Assembly: GCA_029717555.1 (NCBI GenBank)
Contig: JAMDHS010000066.1
Coordinates: forward strand, 1 to 64,000
Reading direction: 5' to 3'
Source of the DNA: Peribolospora baueri
Taxonomy: Eukaryota
Length of the DNA: 64,000 nucleotides
This document shows, one piece after another, positions 61,811-64,000 of the stretch. How positions within the stretch are numbered: position 1 is the first letter of the stretch; each line of letters starts with the position of its first letter. The translations under genes were made by a program, and so were the position numbers. The notes under the pieces were generated by a model. It worked only from the letters and a program-made list of their open reading frames with translations. It was not told where the DNA came from and searched no databases.

Positions 61811-63885
61811 CTAGGTGGGGGGAAGACCGAAGTGGACCTTAACTTGGTCGTAGAGCGCCCACCTGCAATGCGGCAAGGGACGGCCAGAAATGAAAGAGGT
61901 GAGCTTGAATGATCATCAGGAGAGGAAAAAAGCAGCGCAAAGACAGATGGACGAATGTCTTACTGCGTGGCAGTCTGTAGAGTGTATGCGCGGAGAGAGA
62001 AACGAGAAGAGATAGGGTGCGTAACGATGGCAAATCAGTGGGACGACTCGAACAGCGAATCCCGCCAAGCTGCTTCGCAAAGCCTAAACCTTTAGCCGAG
62101 CGACTCACCAAAGTACCGATCATGATAATCCTCACGCCCAAACCACCCCAGAGACCTCGGAAGCCGACCTTCTTGACAATATCTCCCACTGTCGGAGCGG
62201 CCTCGCCAGCTTTGACAGGGGCGTTGAGCTTGGAAACCAGGACGTCCGCGGGATGGGAAACGACGGCGCAGGCGACGCCTGGAAGTGAGGTGCCGGGACA
62301 ATCAATGACGAAGTGAGTCGCCCAAGGGGAGTGAATGAAAAAGATAGGAAGGGGGAGGGGAACTAACCGGCAGTGTAACCGGCGACAAACGAAATGCCGA
62401 GCTGCTGGATCTTGTTGTACGAGTCCTTGGGCCTTCCGAGATACTGGTAGATGCGCTCGACGGTGGCCTCGAAGAAGGTGAATTTGACCATCGTGTAGGC
62501 TGTTGGATCGAGCAATGAAGATCACCCAAATCGCGCATCATCGAAGGGGATAAGATGATGTTGGGACGGACGGGCCTTTGTGTTAGAACGGTGGTCGCCA
62601 TGTACAAAGCGACAAGACTAGAAGAACGACCGGCACTCACGAATCTGGCGGGCCCAGAGCGAAGGAAGAGCACCGTACAGGCTGTGTCGAGGAGCGAAGC
62701 AGGCAAACGAAGAGAACATCGTCAGCATCTCCCATTCTCCGAGCACAAACACCGCACGGCACGATCAAGGACGCGGAATACGGCTAACCTAGCGAGACCC
62801 TCGGTCTGGGCGACATGCCGGAGGGCGGCACCGGTCTGACGAGGGAAGTCGTCACGGGTCTGCATCCTGACCTTGAGAGATTCCTGATCATGTGAGATTA
62901 CATAGAGAGGAGAGTGAGCAGCAAGGCCACAGCGAAGGAATCGTTTCCTGCTCCCATCTCGGGCCGCGGGACGTTGCGGCCGAAACTGTCGCTCACGCAC
63001 CCAGGGGCACAACATCATATCGGCCAGAAACTCGGCAGTGGCCGAAGCGGCGAGGTAGACGAAGGTCTTGTATTTCTGCGCGTTCCTCTCGCCCACTTTG
63101 TCTGAGTACTGCTTCTTGAAGACCCTGGATGGAATTGGCACAAGGGCGGACAGTTGATGTGTGGGAGCGGTTAGATCGGACAGCCAAGTTGCGAACGACG
63201 GCGTTGGCGACGAAAAAGCGCTTCACTCACTCGTAGAACCCATACTTGCCGGCGCCCTGCAAGCTATAGCCAATGAAAGTGGGACCAACGCCGGTGAAGA
63301 CGCCCTTGAGGCCTTCGGTGCGGTAAATGGTCTTGAAGCCGTCCCAGTTGCCCTTGTACCTGGTGCTATCGACCTTTGCGCGTGGCGCAGAGACGACGTG
63401 ATGGAGTGTGACGGTGAGCCTTGGGTCCAAAGATGAGGTTTGGCTCACGGATCACGGGTTGAAACGTCGAGCAGACACTCACTTGGAGACGACACTGTTG
63501 AGGCGCATTGAAGCACGAAGCGAAGGGCAGGGGGGACGATGTGAGCACCGAAACGCACCGATCGACCGCGAGCACGACCAGACATGGGACGACAAGGCCT
63601 GGTCGAACGACTGGCGCTCACCTTTACGTTATCGAGGGGGCACACGAGGCTGTGGGTAGGGCCGCAGGCGATGATGCCACCGAGGGTGCAAGTGACATAG
63701 TACTGGGGAGTGAAGAGCTTGACCCTGGGTGGTCTCTTGGCTCCCTCTTGGAAGGAGGGGACGAGCCAACTGGAGGGGAGCGCGGCAGGGGCGGCCGGCG
63801 AGCCGCGAGGAGAGACGGGCGGTGCGATAGACGTGAGGGCGGCGGCGCCCGGCGCGAGAGCGGGCGAAGAGGGGAGGAAGATCAT
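61811..63885 (-). CDS. PIC2: mitochondrial phosphate/copper carrier, Pic2-type
   Basis: [11 protein letters not shown]...[68 protein letters not shown]; stop at 61811. Confidence 0.92.
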
Positions 63886-64000
63886 GGGGGAGTGAAGGGC
63901 AGTGTGAGCTCGGTGACGTGAAGAGGGACAAGGAGGATGCGTCAAGGTCAAGATAAGGACGAGGACAAGGACGACGAAGACGAAGCACGGGTCGGTCCGG

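Overview
Eukaryotic, GC-rich, intron- and microsatellite-dense genomic DNA from a fungus; the myosin-chitin synthase, short GT-AG introns and gene architecture suggest a basidiomycete, which is an inference. I reconstruct 18 protein-coding genes by manual splicing, mostly housekeeping: RCC2-like RCC1-repeat protein (runs off the left edge), POP4, LYAR-type zinc finger, SRO7/tomosyn, EFM2-like methyltransferase, MRX11-like, NOP10, thioredoxin, myosin-motor chitin synthase, ZRC1/COT1-type CDF transporter, a velvet-domain protein, enolase, a PX-AGC kinase, NDP kinase, beta-COP, AP-3 delta, a CocE/NonD hydrolase and a PIC2-type mitochondrial carrier. Highlights: (1) a divergent 7-exon velvet-family gene (34956-37382, minus) that the ORF track does not show, with a DNA-binding loop that has lost most of its basic residues; (2) an accessory island at about 5.9-9.1 kb holding a 137-bp fold-back LTR with a tRNA-Ser-type primer-binding site, a decayed ORF, flanking inverted repeats, a degenerate repeat array, an orphan Cys/N-glycosylation-rich ORF and a candidate box C/D snoRNA; (3) a WCNPC thioredoxin built from micro-exons; (4) an Sro7 that keeps a tomosyn-like R-SNARE tail. 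All gene models are hand-built, with no database searches.
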